Assembly (NCBI GenBank): GCA_022813865.1
Contig: JALDZX010000077.1
Location: 54,866-74,865 of the forward strand
From: Xylographa opegraphella
Lineage: Eukaryota
Length of the DNA: 20,000 nucleotides
Reading direction: 5' to 3'
Below are positions 10,023 to 20,000 of the stretch, in pieces (the stretch's first letter is position 1; the number at the start of each line of letters is the position of its first letter). The position numbers and the translations under genes are program-made. The notes beneath the pieces were generated by a model. It did no database searches, was not told the origin of the DNA, and saw only the letters and a program-made list of their open reading frames with translations.

Positions 10023-11223
10023 ATGCCAAATATCGATTATCTGGCGCCTTCTGAATCTCCAAAGAGGAAATGCGCCTCCCCAGCTCACTCCTGTATTCCA
10101 TCGCGAAGTCCATCACCTGAACCCATGGCACCTACCAGGTAGGACTCACTCTCCGTACTTTCACAAAATTGTATCAACCAGCTCCTACTTGTCCAACCTT
10201 ACCATCTCTTAATGACATCTGAATTGCTCCAACTCATTTCGTACAGGCAACTCTACACAACCACGACTACAGTGTTCGTGGGTCCGCCCAGCATTCAACA
10301 GACCTTCACAGCTCATACCCTTATTCTCACATCTTCCTCCCGCTTCTTTGCCGCCGCATTCTCCCCGAGCTCGATCTTCATTGAAGCCGCTGCCAAGTCC
10401 GTGTCGTTGCCCGAAGTGTGTCCGCGTGTATTCTCCTTCTGGCTGCAATGGGCCTACAGCAGGAACCTCGCACACGAAGAAGTGGACTGGGACGCTGGCT
10501 TGCCCTCATCTCCACCAATAACTCCACATCGTATCACTGGAGGCACCAGTACTACCAACAATGAGAATAACACAGCGAGCACGGCAGGTAAAAGACCGCC
10601 TCGCCACGTTGCATTCTTCCATCTCATTCGGCTGTATAAACTCGCCGGATTCTTGGGCTGTGAGGAGTTGCGCAATGCCATTATCGACGAGATTGCGCGT
10701 CTGGCTGTGAAGCGGAATGCGGTGCCGGGCCCGGACGACACCTTTGAGCTTTGGGGTGTGGAATACGAGGCTGGAAAACTAAGGGAGTTGGTACTGGATA
10801 TGTTCGTAGGGATGCGGACAGAGAGGTTGCTGCTGGAGGCGAAGGATGAGTGGTGAGTTCATCTGTCTGTTTGTGTCACGTACAGGTGTTTCTCTTTGGG
10901 AGGCAGTGAGCAGTTGGCATAGTTCAGCAGTCTGTCAGAGGAGGAATGCGAGGAAGGTTTCGAGATGACGAATGCTGACACATAGCCGTCTGCACAGGGA
11001 TGAAAGATTTATGAGAGAGCTGGTGGTCAAGGAGAAAGGCAAGGACAAGGGCAAGATTGAGGGTGTGCCGTCCGTACATCCGTGGCGGGACGAGTGCGTA
11101 AGGTGCTGGACTTATCATGAGCATAAGGAGACGAGGAGGTGTCATCCGCAGTTGGACCAAGAGAGCGTGCCCTTGGTGGTGACGAAGCGGCAAATACCGA
11201 AGCGGCCGTTGATAGACTGTTGA
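10023..11223 (+). CDS. Fungal BTB/POZ-domain protein
   Basis: Exons about 10023-10138, 10247-10852 and 10998-11223. BTB-type sequence TVFVGPPSIQQTFTAHTLILTSSSRFFAAAF...VSLPEVCPRVFSFWLQWAY...LIRLYKLAGFLGCEELRNAIID, and a C-terminal CxxCWTYHEH motif. The start codon is tentative. Confidence 0.85.
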
Positions 11224-11425
11224 TCTAAGCTGGAATGTGGTTATTGAGGGCGGAGGCGTGCATTTTGGTAAAACCTTCCTAGACTAGGGATAGATGTGGG
11301 ATATGATATTCAGGGTCAGTCCTACCTGCGCGTACCTTGCCATCAACATCACGTCATCACCCGCTCCGCAACCGCACACTGTAAACACAGCACCGCAACC
11401 CATTCCACGAATCAAATTTCCACAG

Positions 11426-11434
11426 TATATAAAA
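11426..11434 (+). promoter_or_regulatory. TATA-like box
   Basis: TATATAAAA lies just upstream of CACCACAACAATG, a good fungal start context. It is unusually close to the ATG (about 16 nt), so it is tentative. Confidence 0.3.
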
Positions 11435-11449
11435 CTCCTCACCACAACA

Positions 11450-11755
11450 ATGCCTCTCTCTCAACGCACCTTCCCACTGCTACGCTCCTCTCTCGCACCT
11501 CGGTGTCCCACCACCCACCACCCTACTCGCCTCGTCCGCTTCGCTTCTGTCAAAATCGATCAAACGAAAAAGAACAACGACCCCTCGCAGCCTCAGGAAG
11601 AAAGTCACAAGGCTCAGGCGAGCGAGACTGATTCGGACAAGGTCGACAAGGCCCATCCGGCGCAGCAGCCGGATCCGCAGAAGGAACCGAGTCGGACGAC
11701 GGGGATTGAGAAGGAGGGTGCTGTAGGGGTGAAGGCAGGGAGGGGGAAGGAGTGA
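11450..11755 (+). CDS. Small hypothetical protein (101 aa) with a likely mitochondrial presequence and hydrophilic tail
   Basis: Good start context (ACAACAATG). The N-terminal ~33 aa are R/S/L/T-rich with no D/E and end ...RLVRFAS. The rest is highly charged (HPAQQPDPQKEPSRTTG...KAGRGKE). Confidence 0.75.
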   Translation: MPLSQRTFPLLRSSLAPRCPTTHHPTRLVRFASVKIDQTKKNNDPSQPQEESHKAQASETDSDKVDKAHPAQQPDPQKEPSRTTGIEKEGAVGVKAGRGKE

Positions 11756-12028
11756 TGGGGTGGATGGAGGTGAGGCGTCGAGAAGGCATGATACGAACAC
11801 TGGTATGAAAGAGATCATGGAGAATGGGACGACGTCTATATTGTGATGGGTGGAAGGTGTCAATTGATTGAAGTGTATCGTTATTTACGCAAAGCTAGGT
11901 CATAGAAGTGTATGTATCCTCAGGTCCATACATATCCTTCACGGTTTTCCACGGATTTTGCTGGCATGCAAATGTACGGTTTTCCATCACCGGCATGTCA
12001 TTCCCTCCCTCGGTCGTCCATCTTCCAC

Positions 12029-12762
12029 TCACGACTGCCCACCCTGAAATACCACATGATGCATCTCCACACTCAACGACCCTTCTCTTAGCAGCCCAAT
12101 CGAGCTCTTGAAGCTCTCGGTGCCCCTATGCCCCATATGCTTATCCACGCTGTCCCACCCAATGCCACACAAAAACGCCTTGCACTTCGCGTCGTCCTTT
12201 CCATGCTCCACTTCCTCCAGCACCCACCCGTGTGCCTCCGCCACCAAGCCCTCCGCATCCACAATCATCTGCTCCATGAAGTTCTTGAAGTTGTGGTACC
12301 ACTTCGTCTTCTCCTCCTCGCTGATGGACGCAGGGAAATAGGTTGTGAACAGCTCCAGTACAGGTGCGTTGAAAGCTGCATCTGGAGGGTGAGGGGTAAA
12401 GTGCACATGATACATGACAGGTTTACCATTCATGAGGGAGGTAAGTTTTTCGATCATGCCAGGGAAGTCAGGGGACTCTCGGTAGCGCATATGGTGGTCG
12501 TAGGATTCCCAGTCTAGCCGTTGTTAGTGGAGAGGGTTAAAGGAAAGACAGTAGGAGTGAGAGAGGTACGGATGATCATCTGCACCATCTCCTTGTTCTC
12601 GACCCAACGGCTCCAAAATATTTCCTGAGAGCCAGGAACATTGCGGATGGTCTCTTCAAGGGAAGCCCAGGTCTCGCCAGCCTTGGTGCCGGATTGCTCG
12701 ATGGTGGTTGTCGAGGCGATGGGGAAGATGGCAACTTCTGTGATGGGGCCTGGGTGAGCCAT
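12029..12762 (-). CDS. ABM-like (antibiotic biosynthesis monooxygenase / dimeric alpha+beta barrel) two-domain protein
   Basis: Exons 12762-12570 and 12513-12029, with intron 12569-12514 (GTACCT...CTAAC...TAG). Two repeats, PITEV...VPG...W...VE...HWESYDHH and PVLEL...HGWVLEE...IGWDSVDKH, with the W-x-S-x-x-x-H motif typical of this fold. Confidence 0.8.
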
Positions 12763-13297
12763 ATTGTATGGAGGTGTCTGGTATATCTGTTTTATGAATT
12801 TGACGTGCTTATGAACACAACGAGCCGCTGCCTATTCCAGGTACCTTACCGAGCTTACTATGGTGGGATTAAGGTGGGGTGACATACCCGTTAAGCTAAC
12901 CCACATAGTAGTTCCTAAATTACCCGGTGATGAGCTCTCTTCGCCGCCGGATAAGCATACCTTCGAGTGTCCAACCCAGCCCATGTCGATGTCTACCTTA
13001 TTCGGGCCAAAGACTCTCGAGCGAAGTTATCGGAACATGCTATCTGTCTAGCAAGGACCGCAAATCTCTGGTGGATGCTAGTCAGCGCCAACCCCATCAC
13101 GTATGATGGTATTGAATAACATGAGTATTCAATGAATTGATGCAGACGCGATCCAGGATGTGAATCACTCACTTCCAGTCGCGCAGACCAAGTCAATCTT
13201 ACGATCTCATAGCTAGACTTTCACAAGATACACCAGTTCCTCGCTTGCTCCAACTTGCGCAGGGGATCTCCTTAGTCTACGTTCCCACACAACTACG

Positions 13298-14080
13298 ATG
13301 AAGGTCGTCATCTGCGGTGCCAGTGGCCTTGTGGGCGGCGAAGCCCTCATCCAATGCCTCTCCAACAAAGCCATTACATCTGTCCTCGCCCTAACACGCC
13401 GGCCCCTGGCGACAGAGCTCCTCGCCAACTCGAAGGTCACCAATATCCTCCACGAAGACTTTTCGCACTACCCCGACTCCCTGATCGATCAGCTTGCCGG
13501 CTCCGAAGCTTGTCTATGGTACGCCTCGTGCCTCTGCTGCCCCAAAAGTCCCTATGCTTTATTATTGGCTCCAGCGCTCGATTATTCGCTGCTAACCCAC
13601 CGTTGTAGGGCTATCGGCGGCATGAATGCCAAATTCTCAGACGCTGCTACCGCACGCACAGTCAATGTCGAATACACACTGGCTGCTGCCCACTTCTTTG
13701 CAACGGCGATTGCTCCCGCTTTGTCTTCAACCGGTAAGAAGTTCCGCTTTGTGTATTGCAGCGGGTGGGGGACAGAGAACGACCTGAAGAAGCCGCTGTG
13801 GTGGATGCAGGACTCGCGGCGCATTAAAGGAGAAGCCGAGAACGGCCTTTTTGCGCTCGCAAAAGACAATGAAGGGGTATTTGAGGTGCTGGTGGTTAGA
13901 CCTGCAGGCATATTGCCCAGGGGAATGACGCTGACGGGGATGCTGTTGATGTTGGGACCGTCGGTGAAGGTGGAGGCCGTGGGGGCGGTGATGGTGGAGA
14001 TGGCTATCAATGGATTCGAGAAGAGGACTCTGGAGAATGGAGAGATTGTGAAGAGAGGGAAAGAGCTGCTTCTGGTGTAA
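13298..14080 (+). CDS. NAD(P)-binding Rossmann-fold protein (atypical SDR; TIP30/Fmp52/epimerase-like)
   Basis: MKVVICGASGLVG...LTRR...HEDFSHY...FRFVYCSG...RRIKGEAEN...VRPAG. Intron 13519-13608 (GTACGC...GCTAAC...TAG) joins ACLW/AIGG. Confidence 0.9.
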   Translation: MKVVICGASGLVGGEALIQCLSNKAITSVLALTRRPLATELLANSKVTNILHEDFSHYPDSLIDQLAGSEACLWYASCLCCPKSPYALLLAPALDYSLLTHRCRAIGGMNAKFSDAATARTVNVEYTLAAAHFFATAIAPALSSTGKKFRFVYCSGWGTENDLKKPLWWMQDSRRIKGEAENGLFALAKDNEGVFEVLVVRPAGILPRGMTLTGMLLMLGPSVKVEAVGAVMVEMAINGFEKRTLENGEIVKRGKELLLV

Positions 14081-14509
14081 GGCGAGACGGGTTTCCTGGA
14101 CTGAGCGGCGCTGGACACGAATGTGTTGCCGGAGTTTTTTGTCTTTCTTCTGCGCATACCCCTCAACTTGTCGATTCACTGTTGCATGTTTTGCCATTTT
14201 CCTCGGACCAGGAGCTTTCTGAATAGTCCAAGAACATTTCATAACCGTTTTGTCGTCAATTATCAAGTCATCATGCAGCAAATGTCGTGCCAACGCTATC
14301 AGTATCACTTTACAAGCAATGCCAACCGATCGAGGAAATTCAGAGGACCAACGGCGATCATGCTATACTGCGTATAGCTGTTAGTCACAACCCTGTGTCA
14401 TTTCTGGACGCCCATAGCGATAGTACGTTTCAGTAAATCTCATAATATCACAATGATCTGGACCAAACGGAAGCCCCTACCAGAACACCATCTGCTCGAA
14501 AGAGCCGCA

Positions 14510-16360
14510 TCAGGGGGACTCCGCAAATGGAAGTCCAATCCGTTGCTCGATATACTCCAATATGGCAACAATCTTTTCATCTTCGAACCTCCGGCCAACG
14601 AGCTGCAGGGAGATGGGAAGCCCCGAGAATACCGCCGGGTCATCTAGCACACATCAGCATTGCCGTTTCAAATCCATCGAACAGCTCACAGAGGTCCCAG
14701 TTCTCCTTGTCGATCTCCGTCATGGGTTTATGGCCTTTTTCCACAACGTCAACCGCTGCATCCACCTTGTCTACCGGAAATACCAGTGCTGGATAGTCAA
14801 GTAGATTCCACTGAGATGTGTACCCCCAGTACTTGGCAGTATTGTGCACCGGGGCCACTCCTGGGCCCACTGGGCAGAGGATCGCGTCTACGATACCCTC
14901 TAGCTCGCCCGTCTCGGGGTTCTGGCTGGTTGCCGTTTCGTTCCATACCTTGGCGTATTCCTGGCGGTAAGCCTCGCGCTCCTCCTGCCAGTAGAAGAAC
15001 TCCTGCATGCTTAGTTTCTTGACGCATGGGTTTTCCTTGATGATCCATTCTGTCAGAGGTCGCCAAGGCTCTCCGGACGCAGCCATTGCTGCAGCATCCT
15101 CGTGGCCGCCGTCGGTAAAATAGAGGCTAGAGATGATTGCCCAGGCTTCGTCGTGGAGATGTGGCTTCCAGTCGACGATGGTAACGTTCGGAACGTTTTG
15201 AAGCTTCGAGACCACTGACTTTAGAGCACGTGTGATAGGTGGGTGCGGCTTGACGACATCGTCATGCCAGAGTACGCCGATCTTCAGGGGCTTGTCAGCA
15301 GATATATGAAAGGCTGAATTCCAAGCTATTGGCATTAGGGCGGGCTCGTGGAGCCAGGGTTTAGAGTCGAGGACGGTTTGCATGAAGAGTTTGACTCCTT
15401 CGAGACTAGTACTCAACGGTCCGATAACTGTGGTAATGGGGTCTGCCCCGGGCATTGTGGATGACCATCCATCAGTTGGTATCCTAAAAGCCGTGGGCTT
15501 GAGACCATACAGACCGTTGTTGGCGGCAGGACTACGAATACTCCCTGGTATATATAAGCTAGAGGAATGAATCAATCTTTCTCAGCCATTGGATAACAGA
15601 CCTCCAATGTCTGTTCCTATACCCAGACAACTACCGCGACATCCGATCAGCGCCCCTTCACCACCAGATGAACCGCCAGCCGAGAGATACCGGCTGTAGG
15701 GATTGACCGTGACCCCATAGAGATTGCTATCGGTCTCCAAATGCATTAGAGTCTGGGGCTGCGTCGTCCGAGCATGGAAGACCGCTCCTGCACGCCAGAG
15801 GATCTGCAGAACGCGGGCGTCTTCTTCTGCTACTTTGCCCCACCAGGCCACATATCCTGCGTTAAGACCTAGATCCTTCATGCCAATGTGCTCTTTCACA
15901 CTAATAGGCAGACCATGTAATGGACCAATAGGCCTTTTGTTCCGGGTGAAGTAGTTGTCCAAGAATTCAGCCCTGGCTAAAGATCTCTCCGGAAGGAGTT
16001 CTGTAATGCAGTTGGTCTACTATTCCGTATTGGTACAAGGAAGATGTTGCCGGATCATTCAACACATACCAGTTTCTGAGCGAGACTTGCGCGACGGAGA
16101 AAGGCAGTAGTGACCGCTGTGACAGTCACGGTCCCGGAGGCGAGTAGCTTTACAAGTACCTCCGGCGGCTTTTCCGTAAGCTCCGATTCGGTTTGAGGAT
16201 GATGCTGGTGAAGAAGCCCGAACACGTTCCGTGGAAGCATCTTAGGGAGTCGTGGTATATCGAGATCAAACTTGGCGATGCTTGCGTCTCGATAGTCCTG
16301 GGCTTCTTGGCAAATCTCTTGCCAGGGCGGAGTTGAGACGACTTTCTTCCTTGAAGCCAT
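14510..16360 (-). CDS. Amidase-signature family amidase (acetamidase/general amidase-like)
   Basis: Exons 16360-16070, 16016-15602, 15544-14690 and 14643-14510. Motifs GPLHGLPISVKEH (catalytic Lys), GGSSGGEGAL and GTDIGGSIRSPA (Ser-cisSer-Lys triad), WNLLDYP, and GLPISLQLVGRRFEDEK. Confidence 0.95.
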
Positions 16361-16683
16361 GCTGAGATGTGAAAGAAATTAGTCCTCGATTAGACAGAAA
16401 AGGAACTCATTCCATGGCGTCTTCGAATTCGAAATAGTAGGCGGAAAGCCAGTGCTATTCAGAAAGGTCAAAAGTCACAACGAGCAAACAAAATCGATCA
16501 ACATTAGAAAGATTTTATTGAGAAGGTTTGCAGTCCTTTCCGGGTGAGCAGCAATGATGGACTTTTCACAGAAATGGAACATACATCTAGAAGCCGAATG
16601 TGGATTCACGGCGGAGGACGGAAGGTCGTGATCAATTACCGATGAGATTAGGTGAAAGTGATAGAACAATACGGATAAGGTTG

Positions 16684-16773
16684 GGGGACTCGCCCCTAAT
16701 AGCCCTAGGCTTTTGAAGGGGAAATAAGGAGTCAGCACCTCATTGTCGCCTATCGACTTCAGCGCGAGTCCCC
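16684..16773. repeat. 10-bp perfect inverted repeat (GGGGACTCGC ... GCGAGTCCCC) with a 70-nt spacer
   Basis: Arms at 16684-16693 and 16764-16773, read directly from the sequence, in the divergent amidase/oxidoreductase intergenic region. Confidence 0.6.
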
Positions 16774-17018
16774 GAAATCATTCCTAGCTCTCGCCTCTCT
16801 TCCCTCGCTACGTGCACATGTTCCCCCGTGACTTAAACCTTCTCTCGACATCATAGGTATATATCTATGCGCGTTCTCACGTAGCCACACTCCTGGTTGT
16901 ACAACATACAGCTTTCATCCTCAGCCATGGATAACTTACAGACCCTCGGTCATGAACGAAGAAAATTGGAGTATTCGCATAACTAAATATTATATGACCT
17001 TACGAGTGGGGTATCCCT

Positions 17019-17036
17019 TTTATCCACACGGATAAA
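17019..17036. promoter_or_regulatory. Dyad element TTTATCC-N4-GGATAAA (inverted GATAA cores)
   Basis: Perfect 7-bp arms about 100 bp upstream of the oxidoreductase ATG at 17135. Function is inferred only. Confidence 0.35.
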
Positions 17037-17134
17037 TGGAGGGGCTTTATGTTCTGCCTCAATTATGCCTCCTTCTGTGACTACAGTATTAGATCCATTA
17101 GAATCATTGCTTCGAATATATCTCAACGATCTCG

Positions 17135-18456
17135 ATGGCACCCATCAATGTTGGTCTGATGGGCTATGGCTTCTCCACCAAGTGCTTCCATCTCCCTTTT
17201 ATCGAGCCAAATCAGGATCTCAATGTTTATGCTTTTCTCCAACGAGCGCGAGCACCCGTGGACACTATTAACATGGAGACCGGTGTTCATGTCACTGCAG
17301 ACTATCCTCACGCTAAGCACTACCGAACAGCCGAGACCTTCCTTGCAGATCCGGCCATTGAACTTGTGATCATCTGCACGAATGTGGAAACGCATGCGGA
17401 GTTTGCCGAGAAAGCTCTCCTGGCTGGGAAACATGGTCAGCACATTTTGTTTTGAGAATGCCTTGGTAGCGACCCGACTGACAATATGACAAAGTCGTCG
17501 TGGAAAAGCCCTTCACTGTGACGAGCATGGAAGCGGATCACCTCATCGCGATTGCGAAGAAGACCGGAAAGGTGCTAACTTGCTTCCAAAGTATGTGACT
17601 ATCTCTATCTAGTATAACAATAGCGCTTAAAGATAACCTTTCATCTCACTTGCATAGATCGTAGGTATGATGGGGACTTTCAAACAATCTCGCACCTGAT
17701 CTCCAACAATGCTTTTGGAAAGATCACTGAGTGCGAGATACATTACGATGCCGACTCACCCGCATGGGTTTCCAAGTGGAACTCTCCAGGCTTGATACCA
17801 GGGGAAGGAATGCTGTATGGCCTCGGTAGCCATACACTTGATCAGGCGCTACAGCTTTTTGGCAGACCAAAGTCTGTGACAGCATTCTTGAGAACATTAC
17901 GTAGTATAAAGAGCGAGACCGACGATGCCTTTACTGTCATCTTGCAGTACGACGGTGACCAAAAAGACCTTTTAGTTACTGCCAAGACCACGATTGTGAG
18001 TCCGATGGAAAGACAGATGAAATTGTTCGTCCGCGGTAGAGAGGGGAGCTTCCTCAAGGTGAGATTTCCTACCACCGAATGGCGCCCTTTGTGGTCATAC
18101 ATCCGCTGAACAACAATAATCAGTTTGATGAGGATTTACAAGCCGACCAGGTCATGGCAGGCATGCTAAGTACCCAATTGGCTTTTGGTGTTGAAGATCC
18201 CGAGTCGTATGGGCTTTTATCCACAGTGAAAGAGTTCGATGGCAAGATTCAAACATTCGACAAGCGCAGTCAGAAGTATGTTGGTAAATGGCCAACAGCA
18301 TCAGGACGGTACCTTGGTTACTACGAGGATGTGGTCTCTGCAATCCGCGGCAACGCTGAGCTGCGCGTCAAGCCAGAGCAGGCCCGCGATGTTATTAGAC
18401 TGATCGAATTGGCGAGGAAGTCGCATAACAAAGGGATCTCGGTACCATGGAGCTGA
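17135..18456 (+). CDS. Gfo/Idh/MocA family NAD(P)-dependent oxidoreductase
   Basis: Exons 17135-17435, 17495-17590, 17658-18058 and 18124-18456. Motifs INVGLMGYGFS...FHLPFI, ALLAGKHVVVEKPF, FQNRRYDGDF and GMLYGLGSHTLDQ. Confidence 0.93.
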
Positions 18457-18936
18457 GCGTTAGAAGTTAGAGGAACGTGTGATGCCTCTTCTACTCGATC
18501 GTCATGACGCCCGTGAATAGTTGTATCTTCCGTTGTGTCAACTTGGAAGATACTTTGGCTGGCATGTTACCGGTGGATAATACGACCTTAAAGGGGAATT
18601 TGAGATATGGATAATTGGCGAACATAGCCCCTTTTGACATATTCATCAACTTTATGGGACGGCGACACCAAGCTTTTAAGTATCATCTGAGGCACCAAGT
18701 TTATTATAATTTAGATGTGGCTGTTCGTAAGCACAAGGAATTAACATTCATTATTCGCAGCGACACCTCTCGAAATCCTCGCTTAAATGACACTATCTCC
18801 GTGCCCTAAGTCAATAGAGCCCGACTGACAGGATGATGACGTCGTTCAACTATCTCCACAACCCCGTCCCAAAAGGCAACCCCAAAGATGTAGTATACTC
18901 AAAACACCCACCTCACCACAGAGCACAACAAACACT

Positions 18937-19988
18937 ATGCCTCCCTCCCGCGTCGCCGTCGTCACCGGCGCAAACAAAGGCATCGGCCTCGCCATCGGTA
19001 CGTTCCACCCCCCCGTCCCTCCCTCCCTTCCTCCCCCAACCCTCTCCGCACCACACCAAAGCTAACCCTCCCTCCCCCCCGTCGCCTTTCCCAGTCCGCC
19101 AACTCGCCCTCCAATACCCCCAATCGAGCCTCAACACCGGCCCCCTCCTCATCTACCTCACGGCGCGCAACCGCGAGCGCGGCGAACGCGCCCTCGCCTC
19201 CCTGCAGCAGGACCCGCAGCTGCGCGCCGCGCGCGCCCTCGCCCCCGACGGCGGCCTCGCCGAGGTGCAGTACCAGGCGCTCGACATCGGGCAGACGGCC
19301 AGCATCCGCGCCTTCGCCGCCTTCGTGCGGGAGCGCCACCCGCACGGCATCGACGTGGTGGTCAATAATGCCGGCATCGCCATGACGGGATTCGGTGAGT
19401 CGGTTGTGTTCTTCCGCGCACCCTTACCCCCTGGCTCAAATCATGAGCACGCGGCTAACGCTTCCACCCCTCTCCGCTCTAGACAGCACCGTCGTCAAAG
19501 AAACGCTACAGTGCAACTACTACGGCACCCTCGAAGCGACACAGACCCTCCTCCCGCTCCTCCACCCCTCCGGCCGCCTCGTCAACGTCTCCAGCATGGC
19601 CGGCCACCTGAACAAGTACTCCCCCGCACTGCAGGCCCGCTTCCGCGCCGCCCGCACCGTCGACGACGTGACGGCGCTGATGGAGGCCTTCAAAGCCGCC
19701 GTCGCCGCCGGCACGGAGGCCGAGCAGGGGTGGCCCAGCGCCGCGTACGCGGTCTCCAAAGCGGGCGTCACCGCCATGACGGGCGTCGTGGCGCGGGAGG
19801 AGCGCGAGCGCGGCAGGGGCGTGCTGGTGAATTCTTGCTGTCCGGGGTATGTCAAGACGGATATGACGCGCGGTGGGGGAATGAAGACGGTGGATGAGGG
19901 GGCGCAGACGCCGGTGATGTTGGCGCTGGGGGACTTGGGCGGGCGGTCGGGCGAGTTTTGGCAGGGGGAGAGGGTGGTGGAGTGGTGA
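18937..19988 (+). CDS. Carbonyl reductase (CBR1-like) classical short-chain dehydrogenase/reductase
   Basis: Exons 18937-18997, 19095-19394 and 19483-19988. Motifs [43 protein letters not shown] (YxxxK) and [10 protein letters not shown]...[11 protein letters not shown]. Confidence 0.95.
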
Positions 19989-20000
19989 GAGAGGGGGGGG

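Noticed and set aside
13582..14308. Two ~193-aa minus-strand ORFs
   Set aside because: Antisense shadows of the Rossmann-fold CDS with no domain features.
18833..19897. 354-aa ORF with a Pro-rich start and Arg-rich end
   Set aside because: Artefact of read-through across GC-rich introns. Only 19095-19394 is in the true SDR frame.
1..20000. CRISPR arrays, tRNA/rRNA genes, TPP riboswitch, intact transposons
   Set aside because: By eye I found no spaced direct repeats, tRNA cloverleaf or A/B boxes, TPP aptamer consensus, transposase/RT motifs or long terminal repeats. An Rfam/tRNAscan run would be needed to exclude small ncRNAs.

Overview
Gene-dense window from a filamentous ascomycete (Pezizomycotina-type: short GT-AG introns with CTRAY branch points, fungal gene families). 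Left to right: (1) a group II PLP-dependent decarboxylase that appears to be a pseudogene (two in-frame TAA stops and a 7-bp-duplication frameshift; runs off the left edge); (2) a divergent 14-exon prolyl aminopeptidase; (3) a probable CENP-K/Sim4-type kinetochore protein; (4) about 1.6 kb of unexplained intergenic DNA; (5) a three-KH-domain RNA-binding protein (Rnc1/Pbp2/hnRNP K-like) whose ATG-free leader carries a dense YCAY cluster; (6) a BTB/POZ protein; (7) a small, probably mitochondrial hydrophilic protein; (8) an ABM-like alpha+beta barrel protein; (9) an NAD(P)-binding Rossmann protein; (10) an amidase-signature amidase; (11) a Gfo/Idh/MocA oxidoreductase; (12) a very GC-rich carbonyl-reductase-type SDR. 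I could not support any RNA gene, CRISPR array or intact mobile element. Gene models were built by eye and family calls come from motif recognition, not database searches. I see no clear novel multi-gene system. The best leads are the possible autoregulatory YCAY leader of the KH gene and the decarboxylase pseudogene.
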